Shown here piece after piece: positions 26,073 to 35,420 of a DNA stretch of 58,165 nucleotides (the first letter of the stretch is position 1; each line of letters opens with the position of its first letter). The DNA lies in assembly GCA_036274335.1 (NCBI GenBank), contig DASUFW010000185.1:1-58165 (forward strand), in the 5' to 3' direction. This DNA is from Burkholderiales bacterium (GTDB taxonomy: Bacteria; Pseudomonadota; Gammaproteobacteria; Burkholderiales; SG8-39). The notes under the pieces are model-generated. The model saw only the letters and a list, made by a program, of their open reading frames with translations, had not been told where the DNA came from and searched no databases. Made by a program: the position numbers and the translations under genes.

Positions 26073-26662
26073 GCGCCCAGCGCCGGGAGCCCGGCGGCCG
26101 CGAGCAATTCGGTCAGCGCAATCAGGGGCAGTCCGACGAGCGCCGTCGGATCCTCGGAATCGACACGCGCAATGAGCGCGATGCCCAGGCCCTCCGCCTT
26201 GGCGCTCCCGGCGCAGTCGTAGGGCTGCTCGCGCCTGAGATAGCTCTCGATCGCGGCGGCCGAGAGCGGGCGGAAGTGCACTTCCGTCGGCACGACCCGC
26301 GATCGCAGGTCGCCGCTCGCCGCGTCGAGGAGCGCAACCGCCGTGTCGAACGTGGCACGCCGGCCGCTGACCGCGGTCAGCTGGCGCACGGCGTTCTCGT
26401 GCGTCAGCGGCTTGTCGAGGCGCAGCGGGCCGCAGGTCGCAACCTGATCCGCGCCGATGATGAGCGCGTCGGGAAATCTGCCCGCGGCCGCGCGCGCTTT
26501 GGCGACGGCCAGGCGCTCCGCGGCGCGTGCTGCAGGCTCGTGCTCGAGCAAAGCCTCGTCGACGCCCGGACTCCAGCACTCGAAGGGCAGGCCCAGGCGC
26601 AGGAGCAGCTCGCGCCGGTAGCGCGAGGTGGAAGCGAGGACAAGGCGCCGGGTTGCAGGCAT
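26069..26662 (-). CDS. maf: Maf-like nucleoside triphosphate pyrophosphatase (YceF type)
   Basis: 197 aa from MPATRRLVLASTSRYRRELL. Contains GADQV, YDCAGSAKAEGLG. Divergent from yceD as in E. coli. Confidence 0.85.
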   Translation of the reverse strand: MPATRRLVLASTSRYRRELLLRLGLPFECWSPGVDEALLEHEPAARAAERLAVAKARAAAGRFPDALIIGADQVATCGPLRLDKPLTHENAVRQLTAVSGRRATFDTAVALLDAASGDLRSRVVPTEVHFRPLSAAAIESYLRREQPYDCAGSAKAEGLGIALIARVDSEDPTALVGLPLIALTELLAAAGLPALGA

Positions 26663-26671
26663 GACTTTGTT

Positions 26672-26703
26672 TTGACACGTCTTTTTCCTGGATGATATCA
26701 TCC
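26672..26703 (+). promoter_or_regulatory. Candidate yceD-rpmF promoter (TTGACA-N18-TATCAT) overlapping a perfect 14-bp palindrome GGATGATATCATCC
   Basis: TTGACA at 26672-26677, TATCAT at 26696-26701, palindrome at 26690-26703. The yceD ATG is at 26712. Confidence 0.4.
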
Positions 26704-26711
26704 GCCGCCTC

Positions 26712-27221
26712 ATGCCGCAGCCGCCGCGGTTTCCGTTGATCGACGGCCTGGAATTTGCGGCCGCGGGTGAGCAGCTGCGCGGCACGTGGCCGGTGAGCGA
26801 ATTTCCCCGCCTGCGCGACGCGTTGTACGACGACCAGGGTTCGATCGCGTACGAGCTGCGCGGCGTGCGCGACCTGCAGGGCCGCCCCGGACTCGCGTTG
26901 CGGGTCACGGGGACGATGCGGATCGCCTGCCGGCGGTGCCTGGAGGCGGTCGTCGTCCGGTTGGACGAAGACACGCAGCTGTGGCTGGCGCGCACGCAGG
27001 CGGAGATCGACGCTCAGCCCGTCGCCGCGGAGGGGCCGGACGGCATCGTGGCGGGCAGGGAGATGGGAGTGCGGGACCTGGTCGAGGATGAATTGCTGCT
27101 GGCGCTGCCGTATGCGCCGCGGCACGAGAATTGCCCGGCGCGCGGCGACGCGGCGCCGGGAACGCAGCAGTCGCCGTTTGCGGGCTTGCGCAGCATGCTG
27201 CGCGGCAGACACAGACATTGA
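26712..27221 (+). CDS. yceD: YceD/DUF177 family protein (large-subunit rRNA accumulation protein)
   Basis: 169 aa with a CRRC...[15 protein letters not shown] pattern, located immediately upstream of rpmF. Confidence 0.8.
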   Translation: MPQPPRFPLIDGLEFAAAGEQLRGTWPVSEFPRLRDALYDDQGSIAYELRGVRDLQGRPGLALRVTGTMRIACRRCLEAVVVRLDEDTQLWLARTQAEIDAQPVAAEGPDGIVAGREMGVRDLVEDELLLALPYAPRHENCPARGDAAPGTQQSPFAGLRSMLRGRHRH

Positions 27222-27234
27222 GAGGAGTCACATC

Positions 27235-27414
27235 ATGGCAGTCCAGCAGAACAAGAAGTCGCCGTCGCGCCGCGGCATGCATCGTGCGCATGATTTCCTC
27301 GGCAAGCCGCCCCTGGCGGTGGAGCCGACGACCGGCGAGGTCCACCTCCGGCACCAGATCAGCCCGACGGGCTACTACCGCGGCAAGAAGGTCGTGAAGT
27401 CGCGCGACGAATAG
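27235..27414 (+). CDS. rpmF: 50S ribosomal protein L32
   Basis: [28 protein letters not shown] upstream. Confidence 0.96.
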   Translation: MAVQQNKKSPSRRGMHRAHDFLGKPPLAVEPTTGEVHLRHQISPTGYYRGKKVVKSRDE

Positions 27415-27437
27415 CGCGGCCGAGACTCGGAACCGGG

Positions 27438-28490
27438 GTGAGCGGCACGAGTGCCGCAGGACCGACGGAGACCGTCGTCGCCGTCGACTGCATGGGGGGA
27501 GATCACGGACCGCGGGTGACGGTCCCGGCAGCGCTTGCGTTCCAGCAGCGCCATCCCGAGGTGTCGATCATCCTGGTGGGCCAGCACGACGCGCTCGAGG
27601 CCCAGCTGCGCGCGGCCGGCGCGGCCCCCGGGGCGCGACTGCAGCTCCGGCATGCCACGGAGGTCGTGAGCATGGACGAGCCGCCGGCACAGGCGCTGCG
27701 CTACAAGAAAGACTCGTCGATGCGCGTGGCAATCAACCTCGTCAAGGGCGGCAGCGCGCATGCCTGCGTCAGCGCGGGCAATACGGGCGCGCTGATGGCG
27801 ATCTCGCGCTTCGTCCTGAAGACCCTGCCGGGCATCGACCGTCCGGCGATCGCGACCGTGCTGCCCAACGCCAAGGACGGCTGGACCTACGTGCTCGACC
27901 TGGGGGCCAACGTGGACTGCACGCCGGAGCAGCTGATGCAGTTCGGCGTGATGGGCGCGATGCTGGTCGCCGCGGTCGAGCACAAGGAGCGGCCCTCGGT
28001 GGGCCTGCTCAATATCGGCGTCGAGGACATCAAGGGCAACGAGACGGTCAAGCTCGCCGCCGACCTGCTCCGCGCCAGCGGCCTCAACTTCCAGGGCAAC
28101 GTCGAGGGCGACGACATCTACAAGGGGACGACCGACGTAGTGGTTTGCGACGGCTTCGTCGGCAATTCGGTGCTCAAGGCGTCGGAAGGCGTGGCCACCA
28201 TGATCGTCGGCTTCCTGCGCCAGGAATTCACCCGCAGCCCGTGGCGCAAGCTGGCCGCGCTCGCGGCGCTGCCCGTGCTCCGGGCGCTGCGCAAGCGCAT
28301 GGATCCGGGGGAATACAACGGCGCGAGCCTGCTGGGTCTGCGCGGCATCGTCATCAAGAGCCATGGCTCGGCCAACGCCTTTGCATTCGGCCGTGCGCTG
28401 GAGCGCGCGGTCGAAGAGGTGCGCAACGACGTCATCGAGCGCATCGCGCAGCGGATGTCTGCGCTGCCCGTGCAGGGAGCCGCGCAGTGA
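27438..28490 (+). CDS. plsX: Phosphate acyltransferase PlsX
   Basis: 350 aa. [29 protein letters not shown]. Confidence 0.95.
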   Translation: MSGTSAAGPTETVVAVDCMGGDHGPRVTVPAALAFQQRHPEVSIILVGQHDALEAQLRAAGAAPGARLQLRHATEVVSMDEPPAQALRYKKDSSMRVAINLVKGGSAHACVSAGNTGALMAISRFVLKTLPGIDRPAIATVLPNAKDGWTYVLDLGANVDCTPEQLMQFGVMGAMLVAAVEHKERPSVGLLNIGVEDIKGNETVKLAADLLRASGLNFQGNVEGDDIYKGTTDVVVCDGFVGNSVLKASEGVATMIVGFLRQEFTRSPWRKLAALAALPVLRALRKRMDPGEYNGASLLGLRGIVIKSHGSANAFAFGRALERAVEEVRNDVIERIAQRMSALPVQGAAQ

Positions 28491-29446
28491 CCTATTCGCG
28501 GATCGTGGGCACCGGCAGCTACCTGCCGGCGCGCGTGGTCACCAACGACGAGTTCGCCGCGCGCCTGGACACCAGCGACGCCTGGATCCGGGAGCGGACC
28601 GGCATCGTCCAGCGCCATATTGCGGACGCGAACCAGACCTCGAGCGACCTCGCACTCGAGGCGAGCCGTGCCGCGCTGGCCGCTGCCGGCGTACGGCCGG
28701 ACGGGATCGACCTGATCATCGTCGCGACCTCCACGCCGGACTACGTGTTTCCCAGCACGGCCTGCCTCCTGCAGGCGAAGCTCGGCATTCACGGCTGCCC
28801 GGCCTTCGACGTACAGGCGGTCTGCAGCGGGTTCGTCTACGCGCTGGCGACGGCGGACAACTTCATCCGCTCGGGGATGAACCGGCGGGCGCTCGTGGTC
28901 GGCACGGAGGTCTTCTCACGCATCCTCGACTGGAACGACCGGGGCACCTGCGTCCTGTTCGGCGATGGCGCCGGCGCCGTGGTGCTGGCGGCGGGCGAGC
29001 GCCCGGGCGTGCACGCTTCCGTGCTGCGGGCCGATGGGAGCCACGCGGGAATCCTGTCGGTGCCGGGCAACGTATGCGGCGGGCAGATCACAGGCTCGCC
29101 TTACCTGCAGATGCAGGGCAGCCAGGTGTTCAAGTTCGCGGTCAAGGTGCTCGACGAGGTCGCCCGCGAGACGGTGTCGGCGGCCGGCATGTCGCTGGGG
29201 GACATCGACTGGCTGATCCCGCACCAGGCCAACGTGCGCATCCTCGAAGCCACGGCGCGCAAGCTCGGGCTGCCGCACGAGCGGCTGGTGGTGACGGTCG
29301 ATCATCACGGGAACACGTCCGCGGCCTCGGTGCCGCTGGCGCTCGATGAGTTCGTGCGGGCCGGGAAGATCCGGTCCGGGCACCGCGTCATGCTCCAGGG
29401 CGTGGGCGGCGGATTTACCTGGGGCGCGACACTGGCGACGATGTGA
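28487..29446 (+). CDS. fabH: 3-oxoacyl-ACP synthase III
   Basis: GTGA overlap with the plsX stop. [13 protein letters not shown], active-site Cys in [21 protein letters not shown]. Confidence 0.95.
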   Translation: MTYSRIVGTGSYLPARVVTNDEFAARLDTSDAWIRERTGIVQRHIADANQTSSDLALEASRAALAAAGVRPDGIDLIIVATSTPDYVFPSTACLLQAKLGIHGCPAFDVQAVCSGFVYALATADNFIRSGMNRRALVVGTEVFSRILDWNDRGTCVLFGDGAGAVVLAAGERPGVHASVLRADGSHAGILSVPGNVCGGQITGSPYLQMQGSQVFKFAVKVLDEVARETVSAAGMSLGDIDWLIPHQANVRILEATARKLGLPHERLVVTVDHHGNTSAASVPLALDEFVRAGKIRSGHRVMLQGVGGGFTWGATLATM

Positions 29447-29450
29447 CGAC

Positions 29451-30386
29451 ATGAAGCTCGCAATGGTCTTTCCGGGGCAGGGTTCGCAGGCGGTCGGGAT
29501 GCTTCGTGGCTACGAGGGATTGCCGGGCGTCGAAGACGTGCGCCGCGAGGCGGGCGAGGTCCTGGGCGCGGACTTCCTGAAGATGCTGGACGAGGGGCCG
29601 GCCGAGGCGCTCGGTCTTACGGTCAACACCCAGCCCGCGATGGTCACGGCCGGGTATGCCGCGTACGCTGCGTGGCAGGCGCTGGGCGGGCCGGAGCCGG
29701 AAATGGTGGCGGGCCACAGCCTCGGCGAGTACACGGCGCTGACCGCTGCCGCCGCGCTGTCGCTGCGTGATTGCCTGCCCCTGGTCCGCTACCGCGCGCA
29801 GGCGATGCAGGAGGCGGTGCCCGAAGGGCAGGGCGCCATGGCGGCGATCCTGAATCTCGACGACGAGGCAGTACGCGCGGCCTGCGCGGAAGCCGCACAG
29901 GGTGAGGTGGTCGAGGCGGTGAACTTCAACGCGCCGGGGCAGATCGTCATTGCCGGCGCGAAGGCGGCCGTGGAGCGCGCCATGCAGGCCTGCAAGGCCC
30001 GGGGCGCGCGCCGCGCCGTGCCGCTGCCGGTCAGCGCGCCGTTTCATTCGGCGCTCATGCGGCCGGCGGCAGAGCGCCTCGGCAGCTATCTGGCGGACGT
30101 GACGGTCGCCGTGCCGAAGGTTCCGCTCGTCAACAACGTCGATGTCAAGATCGAAACGCAGCCGTCGGCGATAAAGTCGGCGCTCGTGCGCCAGGCCGCC
30201 TCGCCCGTGCGCTGGGTGGAATGCGTGCGCAAGATGCGCGCGGACGGGGTGACGCACGTGCTCGAATGCGGCCCGGGCAAGGTGCTCGCCGGGATGGTGA
30301 AGCGGATCGACGGCGAGTTGCAGGTGCATGCGCTCGCGGATCGCACGTCTCTCGAGCAGGCGCTCGCGGCGCTCAGGGGAGGATAG
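29451..30386 (+). CDS. fabD: Malonyl-CoA:ACP transacylase
   Basis: MKLAMVFPGQGSQAVGM, GHSLGEY. Confidence 0.95.
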   Translation: MKLAMVFPGQGSQAVGMLRGYEGLPGVEDVRREAGEVLGADFLKMLDEGPAEALGLTVNTQPAMVTAGYAAYAAWQALGGPEPEMVAGHSLGEYTALTAAAALSLRDCLPLVRYRAQAMQEAVPEGQGAMAAILNLDDEAVRAACAEAAQGEVVEAVNFNAPGQIVIAGAKAAVERAMQACKARGARRAVPLPVSAPFHSALMRPAAERLGSYLADVTVAVPKVPLVNNVDVKIETQPSAIKSALVRQAASPVRWVECVRKMRADGVTHVLECGPGKVLAGMVKRIDGELQVHALADRTSLEQALAALRGG

Positions 30387-30387
30387 G

Positions 30388-31128
30388 ATGCTGCAGGGCA
30401 AGCTGGCGCTGGTGACGGGGGCCTCGCGCGGCATCGGCCGCGCCATCGCACTCGAGCTCGCGCGTTCGGGCGCCCTCGTGGTGGGCACCGCAACCACGGA
30501 GCAGGGCGCCGCGGATATCGGCAAGGCACTGTCGGAGGCGGGCACAGCCGGGGAGGGCCGCAGGCTCGACGTCCGGGACGCTGCGCAGTGCGAGGCGTTC
30601 CTCGAGTCGGTGCAGAAGGCGCACGGCGATGTGGCGATCCTCGTCAACAACGCGGGCATCACGCGGGACAACCTCACCCTGCGCATGAAGGACGCGGAAT
30701 GGGACGAGGTCATGGAGACCAACCTGAAGGCCGTGTTCCGGCTCTCGCGCGGGGTGATGCGGGGCATGATGAAGGCACGCTGGGGACGTATCGTGAACAT
30801 CACCTCGGTGGTGGGCGCCTCGGGCAATGCCGGGCAGGCCAACTACGCCGCGGCCAAGGCGGGCGTGGTCGGCATGACCAAGTCGCTGGCCCGGGAGTTC
30901 GGCAGCCGCGGCATCACGGTGAACTGCGTCGCCCCGGGATTCATCGACACCGACATGACGCGTGCGCTCACGCAGGCGCAGCGGGAGGCGCTCCTGGGCC
31001 AGATTCCGCTCGGCCGGCTGGGCGAGCCGGCCGACATCGCGGCCGCGGTGGCGTACCTGGCGTCGCCCGGCGCCGGGTACATCACGGGATGCGTGCTGCA
31101 CGTGAACGGCGGGATGTACATGGCGTAG
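30388..31128 (+). CDS. fabG: 3-oxoacyl-ACP reductase
   Basis: MLQGKLALVTGASRGIGRAIA, NNAG, YAAAKAG. Confidence 0.95.
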   Translation: MLQGKLALVTGASRGIGRAIALELARSGALVVGTATTEQGAADIGKALSEAGTAGEGRRLDVRDAAQCEAFLESVQKAHGDVAILVNNAGITRDNLTLRMKDAEWDEVMETNLKAVFRLSRGVMRGMMKARWGRIVNITSVVGASGNAGQANYAAAKAGVVGMTKSLAREFGSRGITVNCVAPGFIDTDMTRALTQAQREALLGQIPLGRLGEPADIAAAVAYLASPGAGYITGCVLHVNGGMYMA

Positions 31129-31192
31129 GAACGGCACGCCGATGCGGTAAAATTCGGGCCGCCGCTTGGCCCAACAAGGGAAGGAGCAGAAC

Positions 31193-31432
31193 ATGGAGAA
31201 CGTGGAGCAGCGCGTCCGCAAGATCATCGCCGAGCAGCTCGGGGTGAACGAGGCGGAAATCAAGAACGAGTCCTCCTTCGTCGACGACCTGGGGGCAGAT
31301 TCCCTGGACACCGTCGAGCTGGTGATGGCGCTCGAAGAGGAGTTCGAGACGGAGATTCCCGACGAGGATGCGGAGAAGATCACCACCGTTCAGCAGGCCA
31401 TCGACTACGTGAAGTCGCACTCCAAGTCATAG
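31193..31432 (+). CDS. acpP: Acyl carrier protein
   Basis: [18 protein letters not shown]...[20 protein letters not shown] (phosphopantetheine-attachment Ser in DSL). Confidence 0.97.
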   Translation: MENVEQRVRKIIAEQLGVNEAEIKNESSFVDDLGADSLDTVELVMALEEEFETEIPDEDAEKITTVQQAIDYVKSHSKS

Positions 31433-31444
31433 CGCAGCGACGCC

Positions 31445-32677
31445 GTGTCCCGTCGCAGAGTCGCTGTCACCGGGCTCGGCATCGTCTGTCCGGTCGGCAA
31501 CACCGTTGAGGAGGCCTGGGCGAGCGTCGTCGCCGGAAAGTCGGGAATCGGCACGATCACGCGGTTCGACGCCGCGGCGTTCGCATGCCGGATCGCCGGA
31601 GAGGTGAAGGGATTCGAGGCTGCCGCCTACCTTCCGCCCAAGGAAGCGCGGCACATGGACACCTTCATTCATTACGGCCTCGCGGCAGGGATCCAGGCCT
31701 GGAAGGATTGTGGCCTCACAGTCACGGAGGCCAATGCCGAGCGCATCGGCGTCAACATCGGGTCGGGGATCGGCGGGCTTCCCCGCATCGAGGAGACCCA
31801 CCTGGAGTTGACCCAGCGCGGACCGCGGCGCATCTCGCCGTTCTTCGTGCCGGGCGCGATCATCAACATGATCTCCGGGCACCTGTCGATCATGTACGGA
31901 ATGAAGGGTCCGAACCTCGCGGTCGTGACCGCCTGCACGACAGGGTTGCATGCGATCGGCCAGGCCGCGCGGCTCATCGAGTATGGCGACGCCGACGTCA
32001 TGGTCTCCGGGGGATCGGAGTCGACCGTCTCGCCGCTCGGCATCGGCGGATTCGCTGCGGCGCGCGCCCTGTCCACCCGCAATGACGATCCGGCGGCCGC
32101 CAGCCGGCCCTGGGATCGCGATCGCGACGGCTTCGTGTTGGGCGAAGGCGCCGGGGTGGTGGTGCTGGAGGAAATGGAGCACGCCCGCGCGCGAGGGGCG
32201 AAGATCTACTGCGAGGTCTCCGGGTTCGGCATGAGCGCGGATGCCTTCCACATGACGGCACCCGACCAGGACGGACCGAGGCGCTGCATGCGCGCGGCGC
32301 TGGCCAATGCGCGCATCGCGCCTGACGAGGTGCAGTACCTCAACGCGCATGGGACCTCCACGCCGCTCGGCGACAAGAACGAGACGGAAGCCATCAAGAT
32401 GGCCTTCGGCGAGCACGCGCGCCGGCTGGTCGTGAGCTCGACCAAGTCGATGACCGGGCACCTGCTGGGCGGTGCCGGGGGCATCGAGTCGGTGTTCACC
32501 GCGCTGGCGGTGCATCGCCGGGTGGCGCCGCCGACGATCAATCTCGTCAACCCGGATCCCGAGTGCGACCTGGACTACTGCGCCCATGTCGCCCGGGACC
32601 TGGACATCCGGTACGCCGTGAAGAACAACTTCGGTTTCGGGGGCACCAACGGCACGCTGGTGTTCGGCCGGGTCTGA
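31445..32677 (+). CDS. fabF: 3-oxoacyl-ACP synthase II
   Basis: 410 aa. RVAVTGLGIV, ACTTG active-site Cys, NAHGTSTPLGD, GHLLGGAGG. Confidence 0.95.
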   Translation: MSRRRVAVTGLGIVCPVGNTVEEAWASVVAGKSGIGTITRFDAAAFACRIAGEVKGFEAAAYLPPKEARHMDTFIHYGLAAGIQAWKDCGLTVTEANAERIGVNIGSGIGGLPRIEETHLELTQRGPRRISPFFVPGAIINMISGHLSIMYGMKGPNLAVVTACTTGLHAIGQAARLIEYGDADVMVSGGSESTVSPLGIGGFAAARALSTRNDDPAAASRPWDRDRDGFVLGEGAGVVVLEEMEHARARGAKIYCEVSGFGMSADAFHMTAPDQDGPRRCMRAALANARIAPDEVQYLNAHGTSTPLGDKNETEAIKMAFGEHARRLVVSSTKSMTGHLLGGAGGIESVFTALAVHRRVAPPTINLVNPDPECDLDYCAHVARDLDIRYAVKNNFGFGGTNGTLVFGRV

Positions 32678-32682
32678 CCCGG

Positions 32683-33123
32683 ATGGCGCCCCTGCGCCTT
32701 GAGCTGCGGCCGTCGCGCGCGCTGGCAGGGGCGATCCTTGGCGTGCACGCCGCGGCAGCGCTGGCAGTCCTGACGGCCGTGCCGGGTGTCCCCGGCGCCG
32801 GCCTCGCGCTCGTCATGCTGCTGCTCGGCGCAAGGGCATGCAGAAGCCGCGGCCTGCTGGCGGGCAGCGCGTCGCTGCGCTTTCTCGAGATTGCGGAGGA
32901 TGGGTCGCTGACGGTCGAACTGGCAGGGGGTCGGCGCGTTCCTGGCGTTGCGTCCGCGAGACGCCATCTGGGGCCCGGGTGGGTCGTCGTGCCGCTGGCG
33001 GCCCGACCCTGGGTGGCGCTGGTGGTCGGCGGGATGCTGGCTCCGGACGCCTTCCGGCGGCTTCGGATCTGGGCGCTCTGGGGGAGGCTGCCGGTCGCCG
33101 CGGATCCTGCCGGGGCAGGATAG
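32683..33123 (+). CDS. Hypothetical membrane protein, tentatively YgfX/CptA-like (DUF1434)
   Basis: 146 aa, two hydrophobic segments, C-terminal DAFRRLRIW motif reminiscent of that family. The assignment is from memory only. Confidence 0.4.
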   Translation: MAPLRLELRPSRALAGAILGVHAAAALAVLTAVPGVPGAGLALVMLLLGARACRSRGLLAGSASLRFLEIAEDGSLTVELAGGRRVPGVASARRHLGPGWVVVPLAARPWVALVVGGMLAPDAFRRLRIWALWGRLPVAADPAGAG

Positions 33124-33142
33124 AGGTACCCCTCGTGCGACC

Positions 33143-33170
33143 GAACTATTTCGCCTCCGGCCTGTCTCTG
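33143..33170 (+). promoter_or_regulatory. Candidate sigma-E/AlgU-type autoregulated promoter of rpoE
   Basis: GAACTA-N16-TCTC, compared with the consensus GAACTT-N16/17-TCTGA. It ends ~75 bp upstream of the rpoE ATG. Confidence 0.5.
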
Positions 33171-33243
33171 CCTCAGAGGCATTGCAACCGGCGGCCGGGT
33201 GGGTATCCTCTCCCGGCTGGAGAGACGGCGGACGGCGGCGTGG

Positions 33244-33843
33244 ATGTCTGAGCGCGATGTCGACCGCCAGTTGGTGGAGCGGGCACAACGTGGCGACAAG
33301 CGAGCGTTCGGGTTGCTGGTGGAAAAGTACCAGCGCAAGCTCGGGCGCCTGCTGGCGCGCTTCATTCGCGACCCGGCGGAAGTGGAGGACGTGACGCAAG
33401 AGGCATTCATCAAGGCGTACCGCGCGCTGCCCGGCTTCCGGGGGGACAGCGCGTTCTACACGTGGCTTTACCGCATCGGCATCAACACGGCCAAGAACTA
33501 CCTGATGGCGCTGGGGCGGCGGGCGCCGACGTCGACCGAGGTGGAGGCCGAAGAGGCGGAAGGGTTCGAAGACGGCGAGCAGCTTCGCGACATCAACACG
33601 CCGGAGAATGTGCTGATGTCTGCAGAGATTGCCCGAACGGTGAACGCGACGATCGAGGAACTGCCCGAGGAGCTTCGCACGGCGATCCAGCTGCGCGAGA
33701 TCGAGGGCATGAGCTATGAAGACATTGCGCGGGTCATGGAATGTCCGATCGGCACGGTACGCTCGCGGATCTTCCGCGCCCGCGAGGCGATCGCCGAGCG
33801 GTTGCGGCCGCTTCTGGATACTCGCAAGGATCAACGGTGGTGA
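33244..33843 (+). CDS. rpoE: ECF RNA polymerase sigma factor RpoE/AlgU
   Basis: MSERDVDRQLVERAQRGDKRAFGLLVEKYQRK..., region 2 and 4 motifs (FYTWLYRIGINTAKN; SYEDIARVMECPIGTVRSRIFRAR). Confidence 0.93.
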   Translation: MSERDVDRQLVERAQRGDKRAFGLLVEKYQRKLGRLLARFIRDPAEVEDVTQEAFIKAYRALPGFRGDSAFYTWLYRIGINTAKNYLMALGRRAPTSTEVEAEEAEGFEDGEQLRDINTPENVLMSAEIARTVNATIEELPEELRTAIQLREIEGMSYEDIARVMECPIGTVRSRIFRAREAIAERLRPLLDTRKDQRW

Positions 33844-33848
33844 CTGAC

Positions 33849-34385
33849 ATGAAGTCCGAGATCTCCGCATTCATGGATGGCGAGCTGGCGGGCGCCGAGC
33901 TCGAGACCGTGCTGGGGGCGCTTCGCGAGGACGGCGAAGCCCTGTCGGCATGGCGTACCTATCACCTGATTGGCGACGCGCTGCATGGCCCGGCCGCACC
34001 CGGAGGGCGCTGCGTTGCGCGCGTCCTGGCGAGGCTGGCGCAGGAGCCCGCGCTGATCGGGACCTTGCCGGCGGACATCGTCCCCGCGCAGCGCCCGCGC
34101 TGGTTCGTGCCCTCGGCGATCGCCGCGAGCCTGTCGGCGGTCGCGCTGGTCGGCTGGATGGTGTTTGCGCCCAGGCCGACGGGCACCGAGGTCGCACGGG
34201 TGGTCGAGCCCGTGGTGATCGATACCGCCAAACCCGCGCCCAAGCCTGCGCTCGTGCGCCATCCCCTCAGCCCGTCGGCGCGCGACTACCTGCTGGCGCA
34301 TCAGGTCTACTCTCCCCGGAACTCGCTGCAGGGCGTCGCACCGTACATTCGCTCGGTGTCCGCCGAAGCGGCGGGCACGCCGTGA
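33849..34385 (+). CDS. rseA: Anti-sigma-E factor, RseA/MucA-like
   Basis: MKSEISAFMDGEL...WRTYHLIGDALHG N-terminal RseA domain and a central TM segment. Lies directly after rpoE. Confidence 0.75.
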   Translation: MKSEISAFMDGELAGAELETVLGALREDGEALSAWRTYHLIGDALHGPAAPGGRCVARVLARLAQEPALIGTLPADIVPAQRPRWFVPSAIAASLSAVALVGWMVFAPRPTGTEVARVVEPVVIDTAKPAPKPALVRHPLSPSARDYLLAHQVYSPRNSLQGVAPYIRSVSAEAAGTP

Positions 34386-35356
34386 GGCTTGCCGCCTGCG
34401 CGGTAGCCCTGCTGACTGCAGCGGGGTGGGCGCAGGCACAGGCGCCGGACACGGCGCAGCATTCCGGCGAGGCGCTGGAGTGGCTGCAGCGCATCTACCA
34501 GGCGACCGAGACGCTCTCGTATTCCGGCACCTTCGTCTATCAGCAGGGTAATCGCTCCGAGACCTCGCGCATCACCCGCAGGGCGGGAGCGACGGGGGGG
34601 ATCGAGAAGCTCGAGGTCCTCGACGGGACGCCGCGCGAGATCCTGCGTACCCGCGACGAGGTGCGCTGCTACCTGCCCGAGAGCCGCACCGTCAAGGTGG
34701 ACCGGCGCAGCGATCCCGGTGCCTTCCCCACGCTGCTGCCCGCCCGGGTGAGCACGCTCCAGCAGAATTACGAGATTTCTTTGGGCAAGACCGCGCGCAT
34801 CGCGGGTTTCGAATGCCGCGCTGTTGTGCTGACCCCCAAGGATGATCTTCGCTACGGGTACGCCTTGTGGGCCGATACGCGCACGGCCATGCTGCTGAGG
34901 TCCCAGACGTTCAACCGGGACGGCGAGCTCGTCGAGCAGTTCAGTTTTGCGCAGCTGGACATCGGCAGCGTGCCGTCGCGCCGGCTGCGGCCTCCACCCG
35001 GGACGCGGGACTGGCGAATCGAAAAGGCCGGCGTGGCTCCGGCCGATCTGCAGGGCGCCGGATGGCGGTTCGGCAGCGAGCTTCCCGGGTTTCGCAAGCT
35101 GGCGGAGGTCCGCCGGGTCATGGGAGATGCGCAGCCCGTCGGCCAGGTGGTCTATTCCGACGGAATGGCGGCGGTATCCATCTTCATCGAGCCCCTCTCG
35201 GCCCGTACCGAGCACGCTCGGATCGGGCTTTCCGGAATGGGCGCGGTCAACGTCTACACGCGCAAGGTGGGGACGTTCCTGGTCACGGTGGTCGGCGAAG
35301 CGCCGGCGACCAGCGTGCAGCGCATCGGCAACGCGGTAGAGTACCGCCCACAGTAA
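34382..35356 (+). CDS. rseB: Sigma-E regulatory protein RseB/MucB
   Basis: GTGA overlap with the rseA stop. Signal peptide. WLQRIYQATETLSYSGTFVYQQGN is typical of MucB/RseB. Confidence 0.85.
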   Translation: MRLAACAVALLTAAGWAQAQAPDTAQHSGEALEWLQRIYQATETLSYSGTFVYQQGNRSETSRITRRAGATGGIEKLEVLDGTPREILRTRDEVRCYLPESRTVKVDRRSDPGAFPTLLPARVSTLQQNYEISLGKTARIAGFECRAVVLTPKDDLRYGYALWADTRTAMLLRSQTFNRDGELVEQFSFAQLDIGSVPSRRLRPPPGTRDWRIEKAGVAPADLQGAGWRFGSELPGFRKLAEVRRVMGDAQPVGQVVYSDGMAAVSIFIEPLSARTEHARIGLSGMGAVNVYTRKVGTFLVTVVGEAPATSVQRIGNAVEYRPQ

Positions 35357-35420
35357 CCTTGGTTCCCGCGGGACGCCGAGGCCCGGCCCGGGGGTGAACT
35401 CGCATGCTAAAGGATCGTCC

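Noticed and set aside
25383-27218. 611-aa minus-strand ORF suggesting one large protein
   Set aside because: Only the C-terminal 229 codons (methyltransferase, TTG start at 26072) look like a real protein. The upstream part overlaps maf (a different frame on the same strand) and is antisense to yceD.
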